Positions 1-8,061 of a DNA stretch of 37,495 bases are shown in pieces. Location: the NCBI GenBank assembly GCA_964528815.1, contig CAZGTW010000006.1, positions 1 to 37,495 on the forward strand, read 5' to 3'. The notes below the pieces were generated by a model, which was not told the DNA's origin, did no database searches, and was given only the letters and a program-made list of their open reading frames with translations. A program made the translations under genes and the position numbers. How positions within the stretch are numbered: position 1 is the first letter of the stretch; the number at the start of each line of letters is the position of its first letter. Source of the DNA: an uncultured Actinomycetota bacterium. Lineage in GTDB: Bacteria > Actinomycetota > Humimicrobiia > Humimicrobiales > Humimicrobiaceae.

Positions 1-888
1 TATATGTCTTTCTTTTGCTGAAAATCTCTGTATCTTGTCTTCTATGGAGGGGCAATACTTCGGGCTCCTGGATTCGATGTCCCTCTCAGATATTGCAGAT
101 TTTTTTATATTTTCCTGTATAAAATCTATGCACCCCTTTTCAATATAAGTTATATGCGTATCTATCTGTTCCCTGCCGTCATATTCATTTCCAAATGAAA
201 ACATGGAAGGGAGGGCATCATATGGCTGGACCTTCAATGACGAAAAATTAACTGTTTTTTTATCAATTCTTGGCGGTGTCTCTGTCCTTAACCTTCCAAA
301 TCTATACCCCATCTTCTCAAGTGATTTTGCGAGATTTATAGAATTTATTTCTCCCTGCCTTCCGGCCGGCATTTCAAATTTTCCCCAAAAAATCTTACCC
401 CTTAAAAACGTTCCGGTTGCTATTACTATGCTCTTGCATTTATAACAATTTTCATCACTTGTGCATACTGAATATCCCTCTTTTTCCCTGCTTATATTTG
501 TGGCAAGACCCTGCTTAAGGTCAAGGTTTTTCTGGTTTTCAAGCCTTTCTTTCATCGATAAAAAATACTGTCTTTTATCTACAATCGTTCTTATTGTCTG
601 CAAAGCAGGTCCTCTGGAAGAATTTAACATTCTGCTGTTAATAAAACATTTGTCTGTATTTTTTGCTATTTCTCCGTCAAGAGCATCTATTTCCCTGACA
701 AGCTGCCCCCTGCCCGGACCGCCGATTGCGCAGTTGCACGGCATAAGAGCGACACTGTCTATGTTAATTGTAATCATTAAAGTCTTTGACCCTGATCCTG
801 AAGATGCAAGTGCGGCTTCACATCCGGCATGGCCGCCCCCAATAATTATAACGTCATATTTATAATAATTTTCTCTCTTATTGTCCAT
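1..888 (-). CDS. mnmG: tRNA uridine-5-carboxymethylaminomethyl(34) synthesis enzyme MnmG (GidA), N-terminal 296 codons; runs off window edge
   Basis: The minus-strand frame is open from the ATG at 886-888 to position 1. Translation starts MDNKRENYYKYDVIIIGGGHAGCEAALASSGSGSKTLMITINIDSVALMPCNCAIGGPGRG (FAD dinucleotide fold). Near nt 60 it reads KYCPSIEDKIQRFSAKERH, the conserved MnmG motif. It is absent from the ORF track only because it is truncated by the window edge. Confidence 0.93.
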   Translation of the reverse strand, partial: MDNKRENYYKYDVIIIGGGHAGCEAALASSGSGSKTLMITINIDSVALMPCNCAIGGPGRGQLVREIDALDGEIAKNTDKCFINSRMLNSSRGPALQTIRTIVDKRQYFLSMKERLENQKNLDLKQGLATNISREKEGYSVCTSDENCYKCKSIVIATGTFLRGKIFWGKFEMPAGRQGEINSINLAKSLEKMGYRFGRLRTETPPRIDKKTVNFSSLKVQPYDALPSMFSFGNEYDGREQIDTHITYIEKGCIDFIQENIKKSAISERDIESRSPKYCPSIEDKIQRFSAKERHI

Positions 889-931
889 AACTGATTATAA
901 CGCGTGTGCTTCTTTTATATAACGGACCTGT

Positions 932-951
932 AATGTTTCACGTGAAACATT
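932..951. repeat. Perfect 20-bp palindrome AATGTTTCACGTGAAACATT in the mnmE-mnmG spacer
   Basis: Read directly: the two 10-nt arms are exact reverse complements with no loop. A T7 run follows on the plus strand; the minus strand has no U-tail. Confidence 0.9.
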
Positions 952-1022
952 TTTTTATATTATTATTTTAAAATTATGCCAATTATCAATACGATGTTTA
1001 ATTTTGGCACACATCAGTACTT

Positions 1023-2414
1023 TTATTTTCCAATGCAGAATTTAGAGAATATTCCATCCAGTATGTCTTCATTAAATGTTTCTCCGGTAATCTCCCCCAT
1101 TATGTCATAAGCATTTCTAAGATCTGATGCAGGAAATTCTTCAGACATTTTAATCTCCATTGCTTTTTTAGCATTCTTTACCATATTTGCTGCATCACTT
1201 AAAAGTTTTTTATGCCTCTGGTTTATAAGCACCATATTGTTTGCATCTATGTCATAACTTCCGAGTATTATTTTCTTTATTTCTGCTTCAAGTCTGTCTA
1301 TGCCTGTTCCGTTTTTTGCTGAAATTTCCAGTGCTGCCCTGAATGTTTTACCACTTGAAAATTCACTGCAGCTTAACTCCTTCCCCAGGTCTGATTTATT
1401 GAGACAAGCTATCGCTGTTTTTGATGAAACCATTTTTATTATTTCCAGGTCTTCTTTTTGAAGTTTTTGGCTGCAATCAAATACTGCAATAATAAGGTCC
1501 GAGTTCTGTATGTGATCAAGGCTTCTCTTTACACCTATTTTTTCAATATAATTTTTTGTCTTTCTTATGCCTGCAGTATCAATTATTATCAACGGTATCC
1601 CTTCCATATAAAGGATTTCTTCCACTGCATCCCTTGTCGTTCCGGGGATATGAGTGACAATGGCTTTTTCTTTTTTTGCTATTGCATTTAAAAGGCTGGA
1701 TTTTCCTACATTGGGTTTTCCTATTATAGCCACCCTTACACCATTTTTTACGATTTCAGCTTTTTTTTCATCATCGATTAAGATTTTTATTTCCTTAAAT
1801 ATATCTTCCACAGACTCTGCAAGCAGGGGATAAGGGGTGATCTCGAGATCTTCTTCTATAAAATCGATTGAAGCTTCAAGCTCAATTATCACCTCCAGTA
1901 TTTTTTTTCTTATTTTTTTTATTCTATCCTTTAGTCCTCCCTCAAGACTTTTTGCGGCAATCCTTGCCGCCTGCTCTGTTTTTGCCCTTATTATATCTAT
2001 TACAGCTTCTGCCTGTGTAAGGTCTATCCTTCCATTTAAGAAAGCTCTTTTTGTAAATTCTCCCGGTTCAGCAAGCCTTGCGCCATAGTTTATGCACAGT
2101 GATAATATTTTTTCTATAGCCGCAAACCCGCCATGGCAGTTTATCTCTATGACGTCTTCTCTTGTGTACGATTTTGGAGCTTTCATAATTGACAATATTA
2201 CCTGGTCTACCATGGTGCCGCTTTCATCAATTGCATGCCCGAATGCAATTGAATATGTCTCCATATCCAATATTTTTTTACCGCTTTCTGCTCTGAAAAT
2301 CCTGCCTGCTATTTTTACTGCTTTGCTTCCACTGAGTCTTACAATACCAATCGCGGATTCTCCTGCTTTTGTGCCTAATGCAGCAATTGTGTCTCTTTCA
2401 CTTTTTATTATCAT
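1023..2414 (-). CDS. mnmE: tRNA modification GTPase MnmE (TrmE)
   Basis: 463 aa with G-domain motifs GKPNVGKSSLLNA and DTAGIR and the C-terminal CIGK tetrapeptide typical of MnmE. It lies in the conserved position between mnmG and jag. Confidence 0.95.
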   Translation of the reverse strand: MIIKSERDTIAALGTKAGESAIGIVRLSGSKAVKIAGRIFRAESGKKILDMETYSIAFGHAIDESGTMVDQVILSIMKAPKSYTREDVIEINCHGGFAAIEKILSLCINYGARLAEPGEFTKRAFLNGRIDLTQAEAVIDIIRAKTEQAARIAAKSLEGGLKDRIKKIRKKILEVIIELEASIDFIEEDLEITPYPLLAESVEDIFKEIKILIDDEKKAEIVKNGVRVAIIGKPNVGKSSLLNAIAKKEKAIVTHIPGTTRDAVEEILYMEGIPLIIIDTAGIRKTKNYIEKIGVKRSLDHIQNSDLIIAVFDCSQKLQKEDLEIIKMVSSKTAIACLNKSDLGKELSCSEFSSGKTFRAALEISAKNGTGIDRLEAEIKKIILGSYDIDANNMVLINQRHKKLLSDAANMVKNAKKAMEIKMSEEFPASDLRNAYDIMGEITGETFNEDILDGIFSKFCIGK

Positions 2415-2590
2415 GGTGTTTTTTTTCTTAATATAAATTCAGTTAAACAACGTGCCGATTAAGTAATATAATCCAATTTACAGATAAAATAAAGGCAAGG
2501 AGGGAAAAGGAAAAATACTGTCGGCGTTTATTGTTTTACGGGTGGCTCTTAAGACTCTTGCAATAACTTAAAAATTTTAAAAATCATTGG

Positions 2591-3229
2591 TTATTCTGTT
2601 TTATTTTCAACAGGATAAATTACTATCCGCCTGTTTGGCTCATTATCCCTGCTTCTTGTCCTTACTTCCTTGACTTTTGACAGCAGGTCGTGTACGACTT
2701 TTCGCTCATATGGAGGCATTGGCCTTAAAGCTATCTTTCTTCCTTCAGCAACAGCTTTCCGGGCCATTTTCAGTGCTATTTTCCGTATTTTCTCTGAATT
2801 TTTTTTGCGGTAGTCTTTTATATCTATTAATATTCTGGTCTCAGACAGTTTCTTTCTTTTTGCAATAAGATTTACTATATATTCAATAGCATCTATATTC
2901 TTCCCGTTCTTTCCAATAACAATTGAGAGGTCCCTTCCATAGACACTGATGCTTGATTTATCAGTATCGTTTTCAATTTTTAAATCTTCTTCGCCGCTTA
3001 TTTTTTCAATTATTTTTTTTGTGACCTCAACGACTTTTTCAAAAGCGTCCCCTGGTATTTCCTTTACTTTTGAAGATTTTTTTTCTTCCTCACTGCTGCT
3101 TTTTTTAACGGGCGTTTCTTCTTCTTTTGGGGGCTGTATTTTTTTTGAAGTATCTGCCTCTTCTTCCAGAGACATGACAAACGAGTCTATAGCATTTTTT
3201 AAAGAATCGTCAGCAGGCAAAACTATCAC
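2591..3229 (-). CDS. jag: Jag/KhpB-type RNA-binding protein (KH + R3H domains)
   Basis: KH-like VIGKNGKNIDAIEYIVNLI and R3H-like YERKVVHDLL...NEPNRRIVIYP. It starts 15 nt downstream of yidC, the conserved yidC-jag arrangement. A K/E/S-rich linker follows a short N-terminal region. Confidence 0.85.
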   Translation of the reverse strand: MIVLPADDSLKNAIDSFVMSLEEEADTSKKIQPPKEEETPVKKSSSEEEKKSSKVKEIPGDAFEKVVEVTKKIIEKISGEEDLKIENDTDKSSISVYGRDLSIVIGKNGKNIDAIEYIVNLIAKRKKLSETRILIDIKDYRKKNSEKIRKIALKMARKAVAEGRKIALRPMPPYERKVVHDLLSKVKEVRTRSRDNEPNRRIVIYPVENKTE

Positions 3230-3244
3230 TCCTTATATAGTTTC

Positions 3245-4069
3245 CTATTTCCTTTTTTTCCTCTTTTTTTTCTTTGCCTGGCTTTCGGTACTGTCTGCGG
3301 AAACCAGTTCGAGCTTTTTCTGTTGCTCAACTTCTTTTTTTCCCGCTTCTACTTTCTTTGCTTCTTTTTTTACAAGTTTATTTACAAGATACTGCTGGCC
3401 AATGGACCAGAGGTTGGTTGTTACCCAATAAATAAGTATCCCGGATGGCATGTTCCAGGATATGGCGCCAAAAACAACTGGCATGAGGTATGTTATCATT
3501 GACTGTTTCGGGTCAGTTGTAGTCATACGGGTAGAAATAAACATTGTAACAACCATTAATATAACAAGTATAAAGAAGGGGTCTCTTGCATTAAGGTTAA
3601 GCCACAGGAAATTAAAATTCGGATTCGGAATATTCGCAATGAAATTTTTTATATTACCCAATAAATATACAGGCACAAACGGCCCCCCGAGCACATCTGT
3701 GACAATGTGTGAGGGGGTTCTTAATGCCTGAAATAATGCAAAAAATACTGGAAGCTGCAGAAGAAGGGGGAGGCACCCTGAAAGCGGGTTGACATTATTT
3801 TTCCTGTAGAACTCCATGGTTTCCTGCTGGAGCTTTTGCTTGTCGTCTTTATATTTCTTCTGAAGTTCCTGTATTTCAGGCTGAAGCCTTTGCATTCTCG
3901 CCATTGAGCGCGTCTGGCTTATTGTCAGTGGCGTAAGCACCAGCCTGACAATAATTGTAAGCAAAATAATGACAATCCCATAATTTGCAATTATATTATT
4001 GTATAGAAAGACGATTACGTATTCTATACCACTTTGTATCGGTCTCAGTAAATTCAGAATCTGGCTCAA
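3245..4069 (-). CDS. yidC: Membrane protein insertase YidC (short form, lysine-rich C-terminal tail)
   Basis: 274 aa, multi-TM. It has the conserved YidC/Oxa1 core (LTPLTISQTRSMARMQRLQPEIQELQKKY, NPLSGCLPLLLQLPVFFALF, GILIYWVTTNLWSIGQQY) and a basic tail KKKKRKKRK. It follows yidD-rnpA-rpmH. Confidence 0.93.
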   Translation of the reverse strand: MSQILNLLRPIQSGIEYVIVFLYNNIIANYGIVIILLTIIVRLVLTPLTISQTRSMARMQRLQPEIQELQKKYKDDKQKLQQETMEFYRKNNVNPLSGCLPLLLQLPVFFALFQALRTPSHIVTDVLGGPFVPVYLLGNIKNFIANIPNPNFNFLWLNLNARDPFFILVILMVVTMFISTRMTTTDPKQSMITYLMPVVFGAISWNMPSGILIYWVTTNLWSIGQQYLVNKLVKKEAKKVEAGKKEVEQQKKLELVSADSTESQAKKKKRKKRK

Positions 4070-4094
4070 ATCCAGGAACCTCCAATCATATTTC

Positions 4095-4304
4095 TCACCT
4101 TACAGGGTCGTAGCCGCCTTTATTAAAAGGATTACATCTTAAAATCCTGTATATTGATTTAATACTACCTTTCAGTATACCGTATTTATTTATTGCTTCG
4201 ATTGCATATTCCGAACAGGTAGGATAAAACCTGCAACTATTTGGAAGGACCGGCGAAATATGCTTCTTATAAAATCTTAAAACTGATACTGCAATTTTCT
4301 TCAT
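4095..4304 (-). CDS. yidD: Membrane protein insertion efficiency factor YidD
   Basis: 69 aa containing [31 protein letters not shown]...RCNPF..GGYDPV, the canonical YidD signature. Confidence 0.92.
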   Translation of the reverse strand: MKKIAVSVLRFYKKHISPVLPNSCRFYPTCSEYAIEAINKYGILKGSIKSIYRILRCNPFNKGGYDPVR

Positions 4305-4425
4305 GTAATTTTACAGATAAATACGCCATTAATAAAGTATCATAAACAATGAATATTATCAGCTATAATAAAAATATTACAATGCATAAAACAAACTAAT
4401 CGTAAAAAAGCAGGGAAGGGAAGTA

Positions 4426-4758
4426 TCAGGACAGATAGCTGCCAATGGTGCTGTAAATCTGATTGCATAAATCATGAAAACCGAGGTTTACAACCTGACT
4501 TTTAACTACAACAAGAAAATCGATGCTTTTGTTATTATTCTTATCCAACTTCCTGAAAGTTTCCTTTAAAAGTCTTTTGATCCTGTTCCTGGTAACTGCA
4601 TTCCCGGTCTTTTTGCTTATTGCATATCCCAGCCTTACAATATCTTTATCATCGTTGGTAATAAGCATAAATATGCGGAAATAATCATTGTTTATATGAA
4701 TGCCTTTTTTATATACCTGCTTGAAATCTTTAGCTTGTTTAAGGGTTTCGAATATAAT
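4426..4758 (-). CDS. rnpA: Ribonuclease P protein component RnpA; proposed non-canonical ATT start
   Basis: The track ORF (from the ATG at 4668) begins inside the conserved domain. The same frame stays open upstream to a stop at 4768-4770 and encodes IIFETLKQAKDFKQVYKKGIHINNDYFRIF, which fits the conserved RnpA N-terminus (LKK..DF..V...G). The RNR motif follows (KKTGNAVTRNRIKRLLKE). That 100-nt stretch has no ATG, GTG or TTG. An AAGGA Shine-Dalgarno (4765-4769) sits 6 nt before the ATT at 4756-4758. Confidence 0.8.
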   Translation of the reverse strand: MIFETLKQAKDFKQVYKKGIHINNDYFRIFMLITNDDKDIVRLGYAISKKTGNAVTRNRIKRLLKETFRKLDKNNNKSIDFLVVVKSQVVNLGFHDLCNQIYSTIGSYLS

Positions 4759-4820
4759 TTTTATTCCTTATTGAATAATTCCCTTTAAAATATAATCAAA
4801 AAACCAAAATTTTCTTTGTA

Positions 4821-4955
4821 TTAAGCTGTTAAGACTTTTCTGCCTTTTCGCCTTCTGTTGGCAATTATTTTTCGTCCTGCTTTAGTGCTCATCCTGACCC
4901 TGAAGCCATGCGTCTTTTTTCTCTTTCGCTCATTGGGCTGAAATGTTTGTTTCAT
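4821..4955 (-). CDS. rpmH: 50S ribosomal protein L34
   Basis: I translated this myself; it is too short for the ORF track. The product is M(M)[43 protein letters not shown]. There are tandem ATGs at 4958 and 4955; GAAGAGG lies 6 nt before the second one. Confidence 0.93.
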   Translation of the reverse strand: MKQTFQPNERKRKKTHGFRVRMSTKAGRKIIANRRRKGRKVLTA

Positions 4956-5003
4956 CATATACCTCTTCTATAAAAACTTCTTTTATGCATAATTAAAAGC
5001 GCT

Positions 5004-5032
5004 ATTATACATTTTTATCTTTTTCTTATCAA
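5004..5032 (-). promoter_or_regulatory. Consensus sigma-70-type promoter for rpmH-rnpA (TTGATA-N17-TATAAT)
   Basis: The minus strand reads TTGATA (5032-5027), a 17-nt spacer, then TATAAT (5009-5004), about 45 nt upstream of the rpmH start. Confidence 0.6.
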
Positions 5033-5296
5033 GAATGTTTTATTCTTTTGTTTTGCAGGTTATATTGAAAAAATACTGCCCGTTCAGCTAACTCCATCAT
5101 TTATATTATATAATTTTTTTTTATTTTTTTAACAGTTGTTTGTGAAATCTCCGGCTGTTTTACAGTATTTTTTACACTTTTATTATAATTATATTATATT
5201 CTTCCTGCAAACATATGTTCTTCTGAAATATCCGGTGAAAACATTTCTTTAAACCTTTTCACTGTTAAAAGAAATTATTATTTTTATTTTCATATA

Positions 5297-5330
5297 GTTA
5301 TCAACAGTTGTGGAAAAAACTGTTGATAAC
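5297..5330. promoter_or_regulatory. DnaA-box-like cluster: inverted pair of TTATCAACA flanking a TTTTCCACA box (candidate oriC-left / dnaA autoregulatory site)
   Basis: The sequence is GTTATCAACAG (5297-5307), TGTGGAAAA (5309-5317, which is TTTTCCACA on the minus strand, one mismatch to TTATCCACA), then CTGTTGATAAC (5320-5330). The outer 11-mers are perfect reverse complements. The cluster lies in the AT-rich rpmH-dnaA spacer. Confidence 0.6.
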
Positions 5331-5450
5331 TTAAAAAATGCCGCTGTAGAGCATGTCAAAACACTACAAGTCCGGTTGCATTATATCTTAAAAATAATAA
5401 TTTCGGGCTGTTAAGAACTTTATTTTTTGGAAAGATTTGAAAAAATGAAT

Positions 5451-5479
5451 TTGATAATTAAAATGACATCAACTATAAT
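5451..5479 (+). promoter_or_regulatory. Consensus sigma-70-type promoter (TTGATA-N17-TATAAT) facing the GHKL-wHTH gene and dnaA
   Basis: TTGATA at 5451-5456, a 17-nt spacer, and TATAAT at 5474-5479. The hexamers and spacing are identical to the divergent rpmH promoter. It lies about 120 nt upstream of the ATG at 5600. Confidence 0.55.
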
Positions 5480-5599
5480 TTTTCCATTACTTCAGGCGGA
5501 TTTTTATTCAAATTTTAATTGTATGAATAATATCTGCTTTCCGGGCCGGATATATAAATAGAACCTTTATTAAATTATTTTTTCGCAAATGACCTTATT

Positions 5600-6511
5600 A
5601 TGCAAAATACGCCTGAAATAAATAACCAGAACGGTTTACAGGGTATCAGGGAAGATGGTTTTTCCATTTGCGGAAGGATTGCGGTGTATGATAACCTTAA
5701 AAGCATTCCAAGAATAATTGATTTTAATTATGTTACCATACAGCATTTCCTTGACGAGGTTCCCCAGAAAACATACCTTTTTTCCCGCGAACTGGGGGGC
5801 AGGATACCATATACGATAATTAAAGAGGTTGTTGAAAACCTTATCCATGCAAGTTTCAATGAAATAGTAATAACAATCATGCAGAGTGGTAATCATATTA
5901 TTGTTTCGGACCAGGGCCCGGGTATTGAAAATAAGGAAAAGGCTTTCCTTCCTGGTTACTCGTCTGCAACCAAAAGCATGAAAAAATATATAAGGGGGGT
6001 CGGCTCCGGCTTGCCCATAGTCAGGGAGACTATTATTTTTTCAGGCGGAAATGTAGATATTACTGATAATATAAAGAAGGGCACCGTTGTTTCTTTGAGG
6101 ATCGAGGAAGGTGAAAATATCAATGGAAATATTCTGCAGACAGGCACAATTGGGCATCAGGCCGCCCAGCAGGGTGCTGCCCAGGGTATAAAAGAACCCA
6201 GAACCGACGCCGAGCCAAAAACGCCGGTCCCGTCCCAGAAAAAAGATAAACCGCCTGAAAAACAAAAAGTAGAAGAGTTTGACAGCCTCAAGCTTTCCAT
6301 AAGGCAGATAAAAATACTTTCACTTGTCCTTGAGCTGGATGAGACCGGACCATCAAAAATTGCAAAAGAGCTCGGATTCAGTCTTTCAACATCTTACAGG
6401 GAACTTATTTTCCTTGAAGAATCCGGTTTGCTTGTGATGACAGAGTCCGGCAAGAGACAGCTTACCGATACGGGCAAAAAATGTCTTGAATATTATTCAA
6501 ATAGTTTTTAA
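5600..6511 (+). CDS. Hypothetical GHKL (histidine-kinase-like) ATPase domain protein with C-terminal winged-helix HTH
   Basis: 303 aa with Bergerat-fold motifs: N-box EVVENLIHA, G1 DQGPGI, G2 GVGSGLPI, and GT(VVSLRI). There is no DHp or phospho-acceptor His region. A Q/A/P/K-rich linker precedes a MarR/ArsR-like wHTH (LSIRQIKILSLVLELDETGPSKIAKELGFSLSTSYRELIFLEESGLLV). The start is uncertain: the ATG at 5600 lacks an SD, while an in-frame GTG at 5684 follows GGAAGGA. Confidence 0.7.
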   Translation: MQNTPEINNQNGLQGIREDGFSICGRIAVYDNLKSIPRIIDFNYVTIQHFLDEVPQKTYLFSRELGGRIPYTIIKEVVENLIHASFNEIVITIMQSGNHIIVSDQGPGIENKEKAFLPGYSSATKSMKKYIRGVGSGLPIVRETIIFSGGNVDITDNIKKGTVVSLRIEEGENINGNILQTGTIGHQAAQQGAAQGIKEPRTDAEPKTPVPSQKKDKPPEKQKVEEFDSLKLSIRQIKILSLVLELDETGPSKIAKELGFSLSTSYRELIFLEESGLLVMTESGKRQLTDTGKKCLEYYSNSF

Positions 6512-6520
6512 TATATTTAC

Positions 6521-7864
6521 ATGGATGACCTCAACAGTATATGGAAGAAAGTGCTCGATAATGTTAAAGACAAGGTAAATACCCCTACTTTTAAAACATG
6601 GTTTGAGCCCATTAAGCCAATATCTATAAAAAAAAACCTGGTTACGGTATCTGTTAACAGCCCCTTTGCCAAAGAATGGCTTGAGTCCAGATATCTTCAG
6701 ATGCTGCTTGAGTCTGTCCAGAAAGCAATTGATATTTCTGCCAGATTAACCATCTCTGTTGATGCAGGAATTTCTGACAAGGACCGGCGCACAGGCGATG
6801 ACGAGCCAGGCATAAAAACACCCAAGTCGTCGCCATCTTCTTCGATTGGTTTTAATTCAAAATATACCTTTGATTCCTTTGTTGAAGGAACCGGCAACAG
6901 GTTCGCCTATACAGCCGCCCAGGCTGTCAGCGAAAAGCCCGGAAAGGCGTATAACCCGCTTTTTATATATGGCGGCGTCGGTCTTGGTAAAACACATTTG
7001 CTTCATGCTATAGGGCAATATGTTTTAAAATATCATTCAAGTTTTGTTGTTAAATATGTATCTGCAGAAAAATTCTTAAATGATTTCATAAATGCATTAA
7101 GATATAAAAATATAATTTCCTTTAAAGAAAGCTATAGAAACAATGACATCCTCCTGGTTGATGATATACAGTTCCTTGAAGAAAAAGAAGCCAGCCAGGA
7201 AGAATTTTTTCATACTTTTAATGCGCTGCATGGCACAAACCGCCAGATAGTGCTTTCAAGCGACAGGCCGCCCAGGGACCTTTCCACGCTTGAAGACAGG
7301 CTCCGTTCACGGTTTGAATGGGGGCTTGTTACAGACATACAGCCGCCCGATCTCGAGACAAGAATAGCAATACTTGACAAGTATGCCGAGAGGGAAAACC
7401 TTAAGGTTGACAGGGAGATAATAAATCTTATCGCTGAAAGAGTAACCACAAATATCAGGGAGCTGGAGGGTGCGGTTACCAGGGTTGTTGCATTTTCATC
7501 TCTTACCGGCACCCCTGCAGATATAGACACCGCAAGAAAAGTGTTAAAGGATATGATGCCGGAAGACAGCCAGGCCCGGGTGACAAGCCAGCGCATTTTA
7601 AAAGAGGTTTCCAAATATTTTTCAATACCTATCAATGTTCTTGTTGGAAGTAAAAGAAACCAGTATATCGCCCACGCCCGCCAGGTTGCAATGTATCTTT
7701 GCCGCGAACTTACAAGCGATTCTCTTCCCGCTATAGGCAGGGTTTTTGGAAACAGGGACCACGCTACTGTAATTTATGCAATTACAAAAATAAATGACCT
7801 TATTTCCAAAGAAAGTGACGTGTATAAACACGTAAAAGAGATAACAAACAGGGTAAGGTCCTGA
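6521..7864 (+). CDS. dnaA: Chromosomal replication initiator protein DnaA
   Basis: 447 aa. Domain I reads WKKVLDNVKDKVNTPTFKTWFEPIKP. AAA+ motifs are Walker A GGVGLGKTHLLHAIG and Walker B LLVDDIQFL. The domain IV DNA-binding signature is AHARQVAMYLCRELT..SLPAIGRVFGNRDHATVIYA. Confidence 0.97.
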   Translation: MDDLNSIWKKVLDNVKDKVNTPTFKTWFEPIKPISIKKNLVTVSVNSPFAKEWLESRYLQMLLESVQKAIDISARLTISVDAGISDKDRRTGDDEPGIKTPKSSPSSSIGFNSKYTFDSFVEGTGNRFAYTAAQAVSEKPGKAYNPLFIYGGVGLGKTHLLHAIGQYVLKYHSSFVVKYVSAEKFLNDFINALRYKNIISFKESYRNNDILLVDDIQFLEEKEASQEEFFHTFNALHGTNRQIVLSSDRPPRDLSTLEDRLRSRFEWGLVTDIQPPDLETRIAILDKYAERENLKVDREIINLIAERVTTNIRELEGAVTRVVAFSSLTGTPADIDTARKVLKDMMPEDSQARVTSQRILKEVSKYFSIPINVLVGSKRNQYIAHARQVAMYLCRELTSDSLPAIGRVFGNRDHATVIYAITKINDLISKESDVYKHVKEITNRVRS

Positions 7865-7966
7865 CTGTCAGCAACTGTCTTAAAACCTGTCAGTAACACG
7901 GGTTGAAACTGTGTTATTTTGTTAATAAAAACAGCACACCGCGGCCCCTGTCAATAAAATGCCATG

Positions 7967-8061
7967 TTTTCAACAGTTTTTAACTGTTTTTTCAACAGCT
8001 CTGCAGGTTTTTATGATATACAGACAACCCTGTTTTCTGTTTTTATTAACATTATCAACAG
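7967..8061 (+). promoter_or_regulatory. Three direct TT(A/T)TCAACAG DnaA-box-like repeats in the dnaA-dnaN spacer
   Basis: TTTTCAACAG at 7967-7976 and 7989-7998, and TTATCAACAG at 8052-8061. This is the same 10-mer family as the inverted pair at 5297-5330. Confidence 0.55.

Noticed and set aside
203-865. Plus-strand ORFs 203-445 (80 aa) and 461-865 (134 aa).
   Set aside because: They lie entirely antisense to a clearly conserved mnmG reading frame. Their products are low-complexity F/L/S/I-rich with no recognisable motif. They are shadow ORFs.
1458-3731. Plus-strand ORFs 1458-1691, 1837-2088, 2092-2436, 2677-2868, 2949-3431 and 3450-3731.
   Set aside because: All are antisense to mnmE, jag and yidC. 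Their composition is typical of reverse-frame translation of AT-rich genes.
5445-5561. A 38-codon ATG ORF (MNLIIKMTSTIIFPLLQADFY...) in the origin spacer.
   Set aside because: It has no RBS, it overlaps the predicted promoter hexamers, and nothing shows conservation. It is probably a chance ORF.
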